Made by a program: the position numbers and the translations under genes
Notes under the pieces: generated by a model
Databases searched by the model: none
The model's input: only the letters and a program-made list of their open reading frames with translations
What the model was told of the DNA's origin: nothing
In this document: positions 26,562 to 37,275 of the stretch, piece after piece
Layout of the letters: every line of letters begins with the position of its first letter
Position numbering within the stretch: the first letter of the stretch is position 1
From: a virus
Lineage: Duplodnaviria > Caudoviricetes
Direction: 5' to 3' (one strand)
DNA length: 64,000 nt
IMG/VR virus record: IMGVR_UViG_2791355157_000004
Span: 1 to 64,000 of that record

Positions 26562-28149
26562 TGCCCTGATTAAGCAGAACGTCGATGACTGGTTAAATCA
26601 GGTGGATTACAAAAAGCTGAACTCGCATGACTACGTGCCGAGCCAGTTTTCCATCAACTATGTCAACTTCATCAAGCTGGTGAACGGCGAGAAAGGCGAA
26701 TCCAATAAGTCTCCCGTGGTTCACCTGCGCATGCTCGATGAGCTCGCCGGCAAGAAGACCCGCCTGGCTAACCTCTGCTCACGCGGGATCGCCAAGACCA
26801 CCCTGTTTGGCGAGTACCTGGTGCTCTACATCGCGGTGTTCGGGGAAATTGAAGGGTTCGGTGAAATCAGCGGCATGATCTACGTCTCCGACTCCATGGA
26901 GAACGGCGTGAAGTCGCTGCGCAAGAACATCGAGTTCCGCTACAACGACTCGCCCTGGCTGCAGCACTGGCTGCCGGTGGCCAAGTTCACGGACGCCTAC
27001 ATGGAGTTTGAGAACCGTGATGGCCATAAGCTCGGCGTGAAGATGTTCGGTGCGAAGACCGGCCTGCGCGGGACCAAGATTTTCGGTAAACGTCCGGTGC
27101 TGGCGGTGCTCGATGACCTCGTCAGCGATGACGACTCCAAATCCAAGACCTCGATGGAAAACATCAAGGACACTGTCTACAAGGGTGTTGATTATGCGCT
27201 CGATCCTACTCGCCGCAAGATTGTTTTTAACGGTACTCCCTTCAACAAAAACGACATTCTGTATGAGGCAGTCGAGTCAGGGGGCTGGCACGTCAACGTG
27301 TATCCGATCTGCGAGCGTTTCCCCTGCACGCGGGAAGAGTTCCAGGGCGCCTGGCCCGATCGCTTCAGCTATGACTTCGTCAAACAGCAGTACGACCTCT
27401 CCGTTGCCACCGGCAAGTTAGCCGCGTTCCAGCAGGAGCTGATGCTCCGGATCTCCAGTGATGAGGAGCGACTGGTACAGGACGATGACATCCGGTGGTA
27501 CTCACGCCAGACGCTGCTGATGAACAAGTCGCGGTTCAATTTCTATATCACCACCGACTTCGCCACCAGCGAGAAGACCAGCGCCGACTTCTCTGTCATT
27601 TCGGTCTGGGCCCTCAACTCACATGGCGACTGGTTCTGGGTGGATGGCATCTGTAAGAAGCAGCTCATGGACGCCAACATCAACGACCTGTTCCGCCTGG
27701 TCTCCGAATACCGGCCGCAGCAGGTGGGGATCGAGGTGACCGGCCAGCAGTCCGGCTTCATCCCGTGGATTCAGCAGGAAATGATGAGCCGCAACATCTG
27801 GTTCTCCTTTTCCAGCGATGGCAACGGTTCACGCCCGGGTATCCGCCCGAACGTCAACAAGATGGTGCGCTTCAACATGGTGCTGCCGATGTTCAAGACC
27901 GGGAAGATCTACTTCCCGACCGAGATGAAAGAGACGGATATCGTGCGCGAGTTCATCGGCGAACTGTCGATGGCCACGCTCAAGGGCTTCAAGTCGCGCA
28001 ATGACGACTGCATCGACACCATCTCCATGCTGATGTCACTTCAGGCCTGGCGGCCAAGCGAAGACATACCCATTGCCAAGGTGCAGGGCGACCTGTGGGA
28101 TTGGGAAGAGCCTGATTCTCCCAGTAATTTGAGTTCCTACCTGGTATAA
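26554..28149 (+). CDS. terL: Terminase large subunit (N4 gp68-like)
   Basis: RGIAKTT Walker A, VLDD Walker B, NGTP, nuclease DFA...DFS and DDCID. Confidence 0.93.
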   Translation: MSNALIKQNVDDWLNQVDYKKLNSHDYVPSQFSINYVNFIKLVNGEKGESNKSPVVHLRMLDELAGKKTRLANLCSRGIAKTTLFGEYLVLYIAVFGEIEGFGEISGMIYVSDSMENGVKSLRKNIEFRYNDSPWLQHWLPVAKFTDAYMEFENRDGHKLGVKMFGAKTGLRGTKIFGKRPVLAVLDDLVSDDDSKSKTSMENIKDTVYKGVDYALDPTRRKIVFNGTPFNKNDILYEAVESGGWHVNVYPICERFPCTREEFQGAWPDRFSYDFVKQQYDLSVATGKLAAFQQELMLRISSDEERLVQDDDIRWYSRQTLLMNKSRFNFYITTDFATSEKTSADFSVISVWALNSHGDWFWVDGICKKQLMDANINDLFRLVSEYRPQQVGIEVTGQQSGFIPWIQQEMMSRNIWFSFSSDGNGSRPGIRPNVNKMVRFNMVLPMFKTGKIYFPTEMKETDIVREFIGELSMATLKGFKSRNDDCIDTISMLMSLQAWRPSEDIPIAKVQGDLWDWEEPDSPSNLSSYLV

Positions 28150-28192
28150 GACAGATATAATAGGATTTATCCTATTGACCAGGGGACACTTA

Positions 28193-28897
28193 ATGCAACT
28201 GAGCCAGCTCTTCCAGACTCTCAGCTTCGACACGCTGAGTAATCTGGTGATTGGCGGGGAAGGTTCAGGGGTTATCGAACCCCGGCACTGGCCCCGCCTC
28301 ATCATGCAAATCAACGCAGGGCTGACCGCCCTGCATTCCCGTTTTCCCCTGCTGGAAAAAGAGCTGACGCTGCAGCTGTTTGACGAAGTGGCGCACTATT
28401 TTTTCCGCCCGGAGCATTCGGTGTCGGTTGGCACCGACTATTACCGGTACATCCTGGACACCCCGTTCGATCCGTTCGTGAACGACATCCTGCGGGTTGA
28501 ACAGGTATTTGACGAGCTGGGCTGCGAGCTGCTGCTCAACAACGAGTCTGAGTGCTGCTCGCTGTTCACGCCGTCATATGACTCGCTGCTGGTAACGCAC
28601 CCCATGAAGGAGACCATCCTGCGGGTGAGCTACCGGGCGAACCACAAACAGATCGCGCTTGATGTTTCTGAGCCTTCCACTGTTGAGGTGAACATTCCGG
28701 TTTCCCACCAGAAAGCCCTGTGCTTTTACGTGGCCGGTCAGATCTACTCCAGCATGAACGGTCAAGAGCACACCCTTAAAGGACAGGAGTTTCTCGCCAA
28801 GTTCGAACAGGAGTGCGTCTTCATTGAGGACAAGAACCTGGATAACAACGGGTTCGTTCAGACCAATATCAAACCCATGCTCGGAGGTTGGCGCTAA
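28193..28897 (+). CDS. Head-tail adaptor (N4 gp67-like)
   Basis: Position after terL, 234 aa, INAGLTALHSRF. Confidence 0.75.
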   Translation: MQLSQLFQTLSFDTLSNLVIGGEGSGVIEPRHWPRLIMQINAGLTALHSRFPLLEKELTLQLFDEVAHYFFRPEHSVSVGTDYYRYILDTPFDPFVNDILRVEQVFDELGCELLLNNESECCSLFTPSYDSLLVTHPMKETILRVSYRANHKQIALDVSEPSTVEVNIPVSHQKALCFYVAGQIYSSMNGQEHTLKGQEFLAKFEQECVFIEDKNLDNNGFVQTNIKPMLGGWR

Positions 28898-31800
28898 ATG
28901 AGTAATCGCACACTCGGTTCACCCTGCAATCAGGCCGGACAGGTACAGAAATACCTGGGCACTGCCTATGATGTCGTTAAGACGGTGCATGACAACCTGC
29001 CGGAAATCAGCCTCGTCAGTGAGATGCTGTCGAAGTATGGCGTGCTGCTGTGCTTTAACAGCGCAGCTGACCTGGCCACCATTGACCCGACGCTCGCGAC
29101 CTTTGCCCGCGTCTACGACACCAGCGATCCGCTGAACCTCTACTACAAAGACTATGTCTACCAGGCTGAGAATACCGATGGCCTGGCCGCCAAGAACGGT
29201 ATCGGCAGCTGGGTGGAGATGGACTCCATCAACTCCGTGTTCGGCTCGATGGCCTGGGTCTATAATGGCGGCTCTGCGATCGGCGGCGAAACCCAGCTGA
29301 CGCTGGACATTGAAACGCTGTCGATCACTGACCTGTTCATCAACGGTTCCTACCAGACCTACGGCCTGAACTTCTCGTTCGATCCGGCAACGCAGGTGGT
29401 GACGCTGAGCCAGGAACTGCTTGAGGGTGACATGGTGGTGGCCAAGCTGTCAGGCGTACCGGCACTCGCCCCTGGCTCCAGCGTGGACAACTTCCATTTC
29501 CTGAACTTCATCTACAACGAAGGTGCAGCGCTGGGCGGCGAAACGGTGATCAGCACCGGTATCCCGTTCATGAACATCACCTCGGTGTTCCGCAATGGCG
29601 CACGCCTGCTGTACGGGAAAGACTTCACCTACTCCGCCACCAGCTACACCATCACCTTCACCAAACCCCTGATTGAAGGTGAGGTGGTGCAGGCCACTCT
29701 CGGCGGCAACCTCGATACCCTGAGTGAAGCCACCGGCGTCATGGCGTCGAAGACCGTGGCGTATTACCAGCGCGCCAAAGACCTGATCGACGAGTTCGGG
29801 CTGAACATCAGCCTGGCGCAGGGCTATGCCAACTCCTCTGAATCCTCCGCCAGAAAGAGCGCGCTGTCGGCCGGCGAGTCCGGCACGAGCGCAGCGAGTG
29901 CAAAGGACGCGCAGGCGGCAGCTGAGGCTGCACAGAAGGCCGCTGAAACTGCCCGTCTCGGTGCTGAAAGCGCACTGACCGACACAGAAAACTCTGCGCA
30001 GCAGGGCGCCAACGCTGCGACCGATGCCAAAAAATCAGCGTCCGCCGCGGCAGCATCGGCAGACGCAGCTGCTGACCAGGCGTCTGCCGCCACCGGGCGC
30101 GCAACAGCTGCCGCAGCGTCGGCAACGGCCGCAGCACTGAGCGAAAATAACGCTGATGTCGCAGCGACCACGGCCACTGATGCGGCAAACACGGCGCAGA
30201 ACAAGGCCGACGTCGCGGCGCAGAATGCGCAGCAGGCGATTAACGCCCAGTCCCTGGCAAGCCAGTCAGCAGATACCGCGAACAAGCAGGCTATCGCTGC
30301 CACCAATGCAGGGTCAGCAGCAGCGGCCTCTGAAGCCAATGCCAAAACCTCTGAGACCAGTGCGAAGTCGTCCGAGACCAACGCGGCAACCTCAGAGAAA
30401 AATGCCAAGACCTCAGAGACCAGTGCCAAGGCCAGCGCTGATGCAGCAGCAACGGCGGCCGCCAGCTATTCCAACCTGCAGTCCGGTGACGCCGGCAAGG
30501 GTGACGAACTGCTGGCGGTGAAGGCGCCTTACGCCAACGCCGTGCAGATCACCCAGCACACCAAAAACCTGGAAAGCGTGTATGCGCCGGAGATGGGCCT
30601 GGTGCCGGGTACGCTGGTACAGACCCTGTTCAACAATGCGCTGAAGGCGGCGGCTGCTGCCGGCAAAGAGCTGGTGGTGCCTGCAGGTACCTACACCATC
30701 TCTGGCAGCATCGTTCTGCCGAGCAACACGCGACTGCGTCTGGAGCCGGGCTGCGTCATTCAGCGTGACCCGTCCGGTACCACCATGCGCATCATGCTGA
30801 TCAACGCGCCGGCAGACGCCACCGTCGGCGGTTACCTGGCGAACCAGAACATCATGGTTTACGGCGGCGGTACGATCGACGGTAACAGCGCCATGCTGGC
30901 CACCGGCACCGGACTGATGGCGTTCAGCCACTGCACCAACGTGCGTGTGGAGAACCTGGACCTCATCAACGGCGGCGGCAGCGGTCACGCGCTGGAGTTC
31001 AACGCCTGTCAGAATGCCTGGGGTGTGAACGTCCGGGCAAACAACGCCGGCACCAATACCGTGGTCACCAACGAAGCGTTCCAGATCGACGCGGCCATCA
31101 GCAACGTGACGTTCCCGTGGTTTGGTCCGTATGACATGACCGCGTGCGATCACGTGGGCTTCCTCAACTGCCAGGCCATCGGCTACGGCACGGGCATCGG
31201 GACCAACTCTGACGGAACCAACAACCACAAGAACATCGTGCTGCGCGACAACCGCCTGATCACCAACGTGGTGGGCATCAACATGATGGGCTGGGACAAC
31301 GTCAACGTTGAGAACAATGAGATCAGCTGGGGCGGACTCGGTACGATGATTGCCGGCATTCAGGCGACCTACAACACCAACGCCAGCTCAACGCGGACCA
31401 GCACCAACCTCAATATCAAGGACAACTACATCCACGATATTGTGCCGGCAGACCTCACGGTTGACCCGGGCACCAATTGGTACGGCATCCGCATGATCGG
31501 CCTGAGCAGCGACATCACCAAAGTGCGCGACCTCATCCTGCACCACAACCACATCGAGAACACCGGTAACGCGGCGATCGCCTGTCAGTACCTGACCAAT
31601 ATGTTGCTGGCCGGGAACCGCCTGGGTAATCCGAAGTGTACCGGTGCGGCCGGCCTGGAATCACTGGACGTCAAAGACTGCAACCGCGTTCAGTGCCTGG
31701 GCAACCGTCTCGAAGGTTCGGTCACCGTGGGCAAAGGTACCGCCACCGGCCAGACGCACATTTTCAAGGACAACTGGGTCGGCGGGACTCTGGCAACCGG

Positions 31801-31909
31801 TGGCACGCTTTTCGCCAAAGGCGCTGTAAGCGGCAACCATGCGGTCACCGCCGTGCCTGCAACTCTGTCCGAAACCGCGCGAATCGTGGCAAATAACACG
31901 GTAGGATGA
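28898..31909 (+). CDS. Tail fibre/tailspike with Ala-rich stalk and beta-helix depolymerase-like head
   Basis: N4-type N-terminus (KYLGTAYDVVKTV), Ala/Ser coiled stalk, VPAGTY..LPSN pectate-lyase-like start, repeated NxI rungs. Confidence 0.85.
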   Translation: MSNRTLGSPCNQAGQVQKYLGTAYDVVKTVHDNLPEISLVSEMLSKYGVLLCFNSAADLATIDPTLATFARVYDTSDPLNLYYKDYVYQAENTDGLAAKNGIGSWVEMDSINSVFGSMAWVYNGGSAIGGETQLTLDIETLSITDLFINGSYQTYGLNFSFDPATQVVTLSQELLEGDMVVAKLSGVPALAPGSSVDNFHFLNFIYNEGAALGGETVISTGIPFMNITSVFRNGARLLYGKDFTYSATSYTITFTKPLIEGEVVQATLGGNLDTLSEATGVMASKTVAYYQRAKDLIDEFGLNISLAQGYANSSESSARKSALSAGESGTSAASAKDAQAAAEAAQKAAETARLGAESALTDTENSAQQGANAATDAKKSASAAAASADAAADQASAATGRATAAAASATAAALSENNADVAATTATDAANTAQNKADVAAQNAQQAINAQSLASQSADTANKQAIAATNAGSAAAASEANAKTSETSAKSSETNAATSEKNAKTSETSAKASADAAATAAASYSNLQSGDAGKGDELLAVKAPYANAVQITQHTKNLESVYAPEMGLVPGTLVQTLFNNALKAAAAAGKELVVPAGTYTISGSIVLPSNTRLRLEPGCVIQRDPSGTTMRIMLINAPADATVGGYLANQNIMVYGGGTIDGNSAMLATGTGLMAFSHCTNVRVENLDLINGGGSGHALEFNACQNAWGVNVRANNAGTNTVVTNEAFQIDAAISNVTFPWFGPYDMTACDHVGFLNCQAIGYGTGIGTNSDGTNNHKNIVLRDNRLITNVVGINMMGWDNVNVENNEISWGGLGTMIAGIQATYNTNASSTRTSTNLNIKDNYIHDIVPADLTVDPGTNWYGIRMIGLSSDITKVRDLILHHNHIENTGNAAIACQYLTNMLLAGNRLGNPKCTGAAGLESLDVKDCNRVQCLGNRLEGSVTVGKGTATGQTHIFKDNWVGGTLATGGTLFAKGAVSGNHAVTAVPATLSETARIVANNTVG

Positions 31910-31994
31910 CGGCGATTATCTTTTGTCTATGAGATAATTCTGATTTTACGGGGGAATTTATTTCCCCCTGTTTTTGGGCACACGGGAGTCTGAC

Positions 31995-34664
31995 ATGACC
32001 ACTCAAGTTCTAAAGCCTTTCTCGCAGCCCCGCCATAACACGGCGGTGGAGGTGAACAAGGAATCCATTGCCCGAAACTACGGAGTGAACACTGACGCGG
32101 TCGGTTACGCCAAAGTCGGTATGTCACTTGACGGGGTTCAGGTGCTCTATGACACAGACCTCCAGCGCTCCTATCCGCTGCCCGCAGGGGTCGTGGGTGG
32201 CGCGGTGGTGACATCGTATTCCGCAGGCCAACTGGCCTTTGCCTCCGGCAATACGGTGAAGGTTATCGATCTCAACGAGCTGTGCGTTCAGCGTGGTCTC
32301 TGGTTCATCCTCTACGGGTATGACTTCAGCTCGGGCGCCACGCTGCAGTATGCCAACGACGTGCTGGAATACTTCGACGAGTCCATCAAGGCATTCTCCT
32401 ACTACCGCTGGGGCGGTGCGCTGCCGAAGGTCGTGAGCATGGACTCTGACCCGCTGAGCGACGACAACTGGATTGTGGTCGGTACCCAGGCGATCTCCTC
32501 TGCCCTCTCCGGCCCGACCGGTGCGTCACAGGTAGGCTTCGGTACCACGAACGTCTCTGCTGCGCTCCAGGATCTGCAGAAGCGCATGACGGTCATGGAA
32601 GAGTACCCGGAACAAATCGAGGTACTGGAAGCGAACTCCGGCGATCACACCAACCGCCTGGTCACCCTGGAGAATTACAAGACCGGTCTGTCTGGTGCCG
32701 ATGGCTTCAAGAACATTGGCTGGGTCGCGAGCGTAGCAGCGCTGCGTAAGATTGAACCGATCGCTGATGGCCAGCTGATCCGCGTGCGTGCCTGGGAAGC
32801 CGGCTCGGTATTCGGTGGTGGCTGGTTCGTGCATGATGCCTCTGCGACAACAAACGCTGACGACGGTGGGTATTACATCGTGACGGCCGGTGGCAAACGC
32901 TGGCGGCGCGAAGTGAAGGTGAGCGAGCTGACCATCCTCGATTTTGGTGGCCAGGCACTCCCTACCTTCGACAACATGCCCGCTATCCTGCGCATGCACA
33001 ACTTCATGCAGGCACAGCTGGCCACCTACAACATGGGTGTGCGCATTCCTGCCGGCAGCTACGGTCTCGGCTCCACGATTAACCTGGGCACGGCCGAGAT
33101 CGGCGCATTCCACCTCAGCGGCGAGCGGGCGAACTACGGGGTAATCCCGGCGACCAACCTGGTCCCCATCCTGAACAACGCCTCGGCCGCGTTCTTCACG
33201 ATGAATGCCCGTCGTATGGAGATCAGCAACATCCGCCTGCTGAGCACCTCGGACAACGTCACCCCGTTCTACAAAAATATCTGTACCGGCGGGCAGTACG
33301 TGAACGTGCGCTGCTTCGTGGCCAACAACCATGCCGGCCGCATTTTCGATCTGCTGGACACCATCGACTGCCTGTTTGAGCAGGTGTATGCGTACCGCAT
33401 CAAAGCGGCTTTCGCCTACTCCATCTGGTCAAACCGCGTAGACGGTTACTGGGACCACTCGACCGCGATCGAGATCCGCAATGCCAACTTCTCGGCCTGC
33501 ACCGGTAAGTACACCCTCTATCTGCCACGCTGCGGTCAGTCGATGATGCGTAACGTCTGGTTCCAGAACTGTGAGTACCCCTTCGATATTTCCCAGGGTG
33601 GCTGGACGCTGGATAACGTGTCGATGGAAAGCTGCACCCATAAGGGCAACACGCGCTACGCCAAGCTGCTCATTCTCAACATGAACGTGCAGGGTAACGG
33701 CCTGGATGACAGCATCACCGATACCGATCCGGCGTGGGATAAGACCGGTTTCAACAACGGTAACTATCCGTCCTGGGTCACCTCGGCGTACCAGCGTGGT
33801 TTTGCGCAGATCCAGCCATCAGCGCAGCAGCGTATCGGTGGTGCCGCTGAGCACTTCAAGTATTCGAACCTGCTCATCAACAACGCCACCAACCAGACCA
33901 CCTGGTTTTGCATTGGCTCCTTCTCCAGCCAGGGTCATGCCCACGGCTTTAAGCTGCGCATCATCGGAACCTCGGGCTGGAACAGTGCGGTGAACACCAT
34001 TTACCGTCCGGACCAGAGTAACTACGGCGGCGGCGAAGCGATTATCCGTGCGCAGATCAAAGCGAACTCCGCGGCGACGACCTCGATCGGCGAAGTCAGC
34101 TGGCACGGTGAAGGCGCCTGCCCAATCAAGGCGGTGAAGTACGTTCACTACTACAACACCATCACCGTCTACGTGCAGATGCAGCAGTACGCCTACTACG
34201 GCGCCGTGTTCGTGGAGACTGACGGTACCAGCCGACTGGAAGCAGGTATCCCCTTCTACGTCACGCCGAACCTGGCCTCCATTTCCGACACGGATATCGC
34301 TGCGGTGGCCAACATCCGGGATGCCACCCGCCAGTGGTCTGTCAACGGCGGTGTGCAGAGTGGTTCGGGCTTTGGCATGAACCTGGATACCGGCGATCTG
34401 CTGCTGTACGCACCGAACACGCCGAACAGCGAAGTGTTCAGCATCATGCTCAACGGCAACCAGCGCTATATCCGGACCTCCACCCGCGACTATGCGCAGA
34501 CGTTTGCCCGCTTCACGCGAGCCAACCTGCCCAACGTCAACGATGGCGTGTACACCGTGGCGTTTGTGACCGATGCACCGTACACACCGTCGCTCCAGCT
34601 GGTCGCATCGAACGGCTATGGCTGGTACTACGTCACCGACAACACCCTTGTTTCCCGCACCTGA
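31995..34664 (+). CDS. Second tailspike, exopolysaccharide (colanic acid/amylovoran-type) depolymerase-like
   Basis: YRWGGALPKVV head-binding domain, GGGWF...GGKRWRR, DFGG, LLDTID and WDHSTAIE motifs. Confidence 0.82.
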   Translation: MTTQVLKPFSQPRHNTAVEVNKESIARNYGVNTDAVGYAKVGMSLDGVQVLYDTDLQRSYPLPAGVVGGAVVTSYSAGQLAFASGNTVKVIDLNELCVQRGLWFILYGYDFSSGATLQYANDVLEYFDESIKAFSYYRWGGALPKVVSMDSDPLSDDNWIVVGTQAISSALSGPTGASQVGFGTTNVSAALQDLQKRMTVMEEYPEQIEVLEANSGDHTNRLVTLENYKTGLSGADGFKNIGWVASVAALRKIEPIADGQLIRVRAWEAGSVFGGGWFVHDASATTNADDGGYYIVTAGGKRWRREVKVSELTILDFGGQALPTFDNMPAILRMHNFMQAQLATYNMGVRIPAGSYGLGSTINLGTAEIGAFHLSGERANYGVIPATNLVPILNNASAAFFTMNARRMEISNIRLLSTSDNVTPFYKNICTGGQYVNVRCFVANNHAGRIFDLLDTIDCLFEQVYAYRIKAAFAYSIWSNRVDGYWDHSTAIEIRNANFSACTGKYTLYLPRCGQSMMRNVWFQNCEYPFDISQGGWTLDNVSMESCTHKGNTRYAKLLILNMNVQGNGLDDSITDTDPAWDKTGFNNGNYPSWVTSAYQRGFAQIQPSAQQRIGGAAEHFKYSNLLINNATNQTTWFCIGSFSSQGHAHGFKLRIIGTSGWNSAVNTIYRPDQSNYGGGEAIIRAQIKANSAATTSIGEVSWHGEGACPIKAVKYVHYYNTITVYVQMQQYAYYGAVFVETDGTSRLEAGIPFYVTPNLASISDTDIAAVANIRDATRQWSVNGGVQSGSGFGMNLDTGDLLLYAPNTPNSEVFSIMLNGNQRYIRTSTRDYAQTFARFTRANLPNVNDGVYTVAFVTDAPYTPSLQLVASNGYGWYYVTDNTLVSRT

Positions 34665-34673
34665 GGAATTTTT

Positions 34674-35042
34674 ATGACTGTAATCATCAAAAAACAGCTG
34701 ACCCCTGAGATTTATTTCGCGGAACCGATGATCACCGTGCCCGGTGAGCCTCAGGAGGTTGAGCTGACCTACGCTGTGCTGCGTATCGTGTCGTTTGATA
34801 ACAACATGGTGACGGCGGAATACTCGGTTGCCATGAATGGCGTGGCCTCTACCGAGACCATCCTGCGCATGTTCGCCTATTCCGGCTCCGGTAACCCGAT
34901 TGACCAGGCAGAAGATCAGCTGCGCGCCTGGCTCAGCGAATTACCCGGCGTGGTGCTGGAAGATGGCAGCGTAATTACGCCGCCGGCGGTAGATGAAGCT
35001 GAAACAACCACTGTAGCGAGTGACCCTGCCCCAGCGGCATAA
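34674..35042 (+). CDS. Hypothetical protein, possible tail assembly chaperone
   Basis: Follows the tailspike with GAGG RBS; terminator downstream. Confidence 0.55.
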   Translation: MTVIIKKQLTPEIYFAEPMITVPGEPQEVELTYAVLRIVSFDNNMVTAEYSVAMNGVASTETILRMFAYSGSGNPIDQAEDQLRAWLSELPGVVLEDGSVITPPAVDEAETTTVASDPAPAA

Positions 35043-35140
35043 CAAAAAAGCCCCCGACCTGGGGGCTTATTGCTGTGTGACGTCCAAAAAAGAGGGACCT
35101 TCCGGTCCCTAATATTCAGTCGGTGCAGATTTCAGTATTT

Positions 35141-35518
35141 CTAGCCTGCCACTGCCGGGGCAACCGGCGTTGCAGTGCCACTAACTGTAGCAACCTGATC
35201 AGCAGATGCAACCGCAGCGGTCGCACTTTCTGAATGTGACAGTGCTTTCAGCGTGTTCCAGCTCTGCACCACCATATCCACCCAGCTCGACAGCTCATCC
35301 TTCAGTAACGCCCAGTTCTGACCGACCGACACGCAGAATGCCTGCAATGCCTGGAGCACGGCCGCCTTTTTGGTGGCACCGCTGCCGACAGAGGCAGAAT
35401 ACGCGTTCTCAGCGACGACGATCAGCTCAGCGCCCGCCTTATAGATAATCTCAGTGGCCTGAACAGCACCGGCAACAACAGATAAAGCAGTGGCAATAGC
35501 AGAAAGTGAAAAGCTCAT
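35141..35518 (-). CDS. Hypothetical lysis-cassette protein
   Basis: ATG at 35518 with GAGG RBS; AE..SGATKKAAV pattern seen in holin-associated proteins. Confidence 0.55.
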   Translation of the reverse strand: MSFSLSAIATALSVVAGAVQATEIIYKAGAELIVVAENAYSASVGSGATKKAAVLQALQAFCVSVGQNWALLKDELSSWVDMVVQSWNTLKALSHSESATAAVASADQVATVSGTATPVAPAVAG

Positions 35519-35534
35519 AGGGGTTACCTCAGGT

Positions 35535-35861
35535 TCAGTTAATAAGACCGCGGGTGCGGAGGGTGTTGAGACAATTTCGGGTACCGGCGCGCATGACACG
35601 CTCGGCGCGGAACTTGCCGCTGGTGTCGATGGCCCAGAGGTTGAGGGCTCGGATGTGAGCCAGCAGTAAATCCGGGTCGCGAGTGTCTTCAATGCCGGGA
35701 TAAGGGAGGAGAACTTCATCAGGTTCCGCTTCCTTACACTGGATCGTTGGCGCTATCGACTGCGTCTGCAGCGATACGGTTTTGGGTGTGCAGGCTGTCA
35801 CTATGCCGAGCAGCGTCAGTGCGACGCAGAGTGTCAGAATGTACGGCAGCGATTTGCACAT
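35535..35861 (-). CDS. o-spanin (outer-membrane lipoprotein)
   Basis: Signal peptide with lipobox VTAC; overlaps the i-spanin gene in another frame. Confidence 0.75.
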   Translation of the reverse strand: MCKSLPYILTLCVALTLLGIVTACTPKTVSLQTQSIAPTIQCKEAEPDEVLLPYPGIEDTRDPDLLLAHIRALNLWAIDTSGKFRAERVMRAGTRNCLNTLRTRGLIN

Positions 35862-35997
35862 GGGCTTCCTCATCGGTTGTGCGGGCAACGTCGGCGGATG
35901 CCCGATTCGCCTCATTGATAATTTGCTGATCGGTCTTCTTTTTGGTGAGAAAGAAGTTAAGCAGGACGGTGACTACACTTGCGATCGCAGACCACAT
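35734..35997 (-). CDS. i-spanin
   Basis: N-terminal transmembrane segment then helical domain, directly after the endolysin. Confidence 0.7.
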   Translation of the reverse strand: MWSAIASVVTVLLNFFLTKKKTDQQIINEANRASADVARTTDEEAHVQIAAVHSDTLRRTDAARHSDSLHTQNRIAADAVDSANDPV

Positions 35998-35999
35998 AG

Positions 36000-36527
36000 T
36001 TACTCCTCGATAAACCAGGATTGCTCGATGCGGCGCCGTGTCTTCAGCCCGTCCATTACCACCCCGCCGGCTTTCACCCACAGCATGAACTGACCGGCTG
36101 CCGCACCGTACGCGCCAGCGTTAAGGTAGCGGAGCAGCCGGGAAGTCTTGAGGTTCTGCAAACCCAGATTCCAGCTGAAGCTCACCAGCGCATCAAACTG
36201 CCCCTGCGTCAGGGGAACCTTGACGAGAGCGGTAACACCCTCCTCATACTTTTTCAGCTCGGTGGCCAGCAGCGCATCGGCTCTGGCGCGGGTGATGACC
36301 ATGCCCGGCACGATGGCTGCGCCATCGACCGGTCCGGTCCACCCGGCGCCGATCGTCCACGGACTGCCGTTCAGGTTTTTCCAGTTGGCCAGCTTTCGGT
36401 ACTGGCACATCTTCAGCCTGGCCGCGGTACAGGCACGGCCAAGTGGGCTGGCAGGATCAGGGTAAGCTTCCAGCTCGACGCCCTCGAATTCCTCCAGACC
36501 GGTGATCCCACGCGCACTCATTTTCAT
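36000..36527 (-). CDS. Endolysin, GH24 lysozyme
   Basis: FEG..LEAYPD, WTIGAG, LTQGQFDALVSFSWNLG, WVKAGG..GLKTRR. Confidence 0.93.
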   Translation of the reverse strand: MKMSARGITGLEEFEGVELEAYPDPASPLGRACTAARLKMCQYRKLANWKNLNGSPWTIGAGWTGPVDGAAIVPGMVITRARADALLATELKKYEEGVTALVKVPLTQGQFDALVSFSWNLGLQNLKTSRLLRYLNAGAYGAAAGQFMLWVKAGGVVMDGLKTRRRIEQSWFIEE

Positions 36528-36604
36528 GTCGCATCCCCATAGCAATAAAAAGGCCCGATCAAAAGATCAGGCCAAAGGATATAGGAATAATCCGAAAGTT
36601 TGAA

Positions 36605-36883
36605 TTAATGTCTGCGCCACTGCGACCGGAATTGCTTGTGCAGATGTGTCGAAACCACCAGCACAGCGCCCAGCAGGATCACGTTGAAAAACAATTCAGT
36701 ACCACTGGTAGGCCGGTTCAATGAGGCGAGGTGCTGAATGGTCCGGCTGCCGGCGTAGATGGTGACCATCAGCGCACAGACGTTGTAGACCAGCGGCGCG
36801 TGGATGCGCGGCGCGTTCATGAAGAACATCAGCTTGGTGCAGATCACCAGGCAGATAGCGAGGCTCAGATAGCTGGAAATCAT
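36605..36883 (-). CDS. Holin-like membrane protein
   Basis: Three hydrophobic segments and a basic C-terminus, upstream of the endolysin. Confidence 0.7.
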   Translation of the reverse strand: MISSYLSLAICLVICTKLMFFMNAPRIHAPLVYNVCALMVTIYAGSRTIQHLASLNRPTSGTELFFNVILLGAVLVVSTHLHKQFRSQWRRH

Positions 36884-37275
36884 TGCGTATCCCCCGGGGT
36901 GCCAGACACCCGCTCTACGGCGCGGTTTTTCACAACGAGGATGATGTTGATGGCAGACGCGGCACCGAACAGCGCACCTACCGAATTGCTCACATCAACC
37001 TGCAGCATCACCAGCGATAGCGTGGCGGTCAGGATCTTGGCCACCGCCTCCGCGCTCAGGATGCCTGCCACAATCGAGATGAGGAAATAACCGAACAGCT
37101 TAATCCGGCTCATGGGCGCCGAGCTCAGTAAAAACATTACTGCCCCGGCAAAGGCGCCAATCAGAACATCCGGGGGGATGTTGTGAAAGAACGCCATCAG
37201 GGTCACGGGCGTCGCCGTGGCAGCGGCTGCTGCCAGCGCCACGTTGGTATCCGCGACCTGGGTTGGACTGTACAT
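36880..37275 (-). CDS. Putative holin
   Basis: LIGAFAGAVMF motif, multiple transmembrane segments. Confidence 0.7.
   Translation of the reverse strand: MYSPTQVADTNVALAAAAATATPVTLMAFFHNIPPDVLIGAFAGAVMFLLSSAPMSRIKLFGYFLISIVAGILSAEAVAKILTATLSLVMLQVDVSNSVGALFGAASAINIILVVKNRAVERVSGTPGDTQ

Noticed and set aside
29830-30470. Low-complexity repeats as a separate repeat element
   Set aside because: They are explained by the Ala/Ser-rich stalk of the tail fibre protein.
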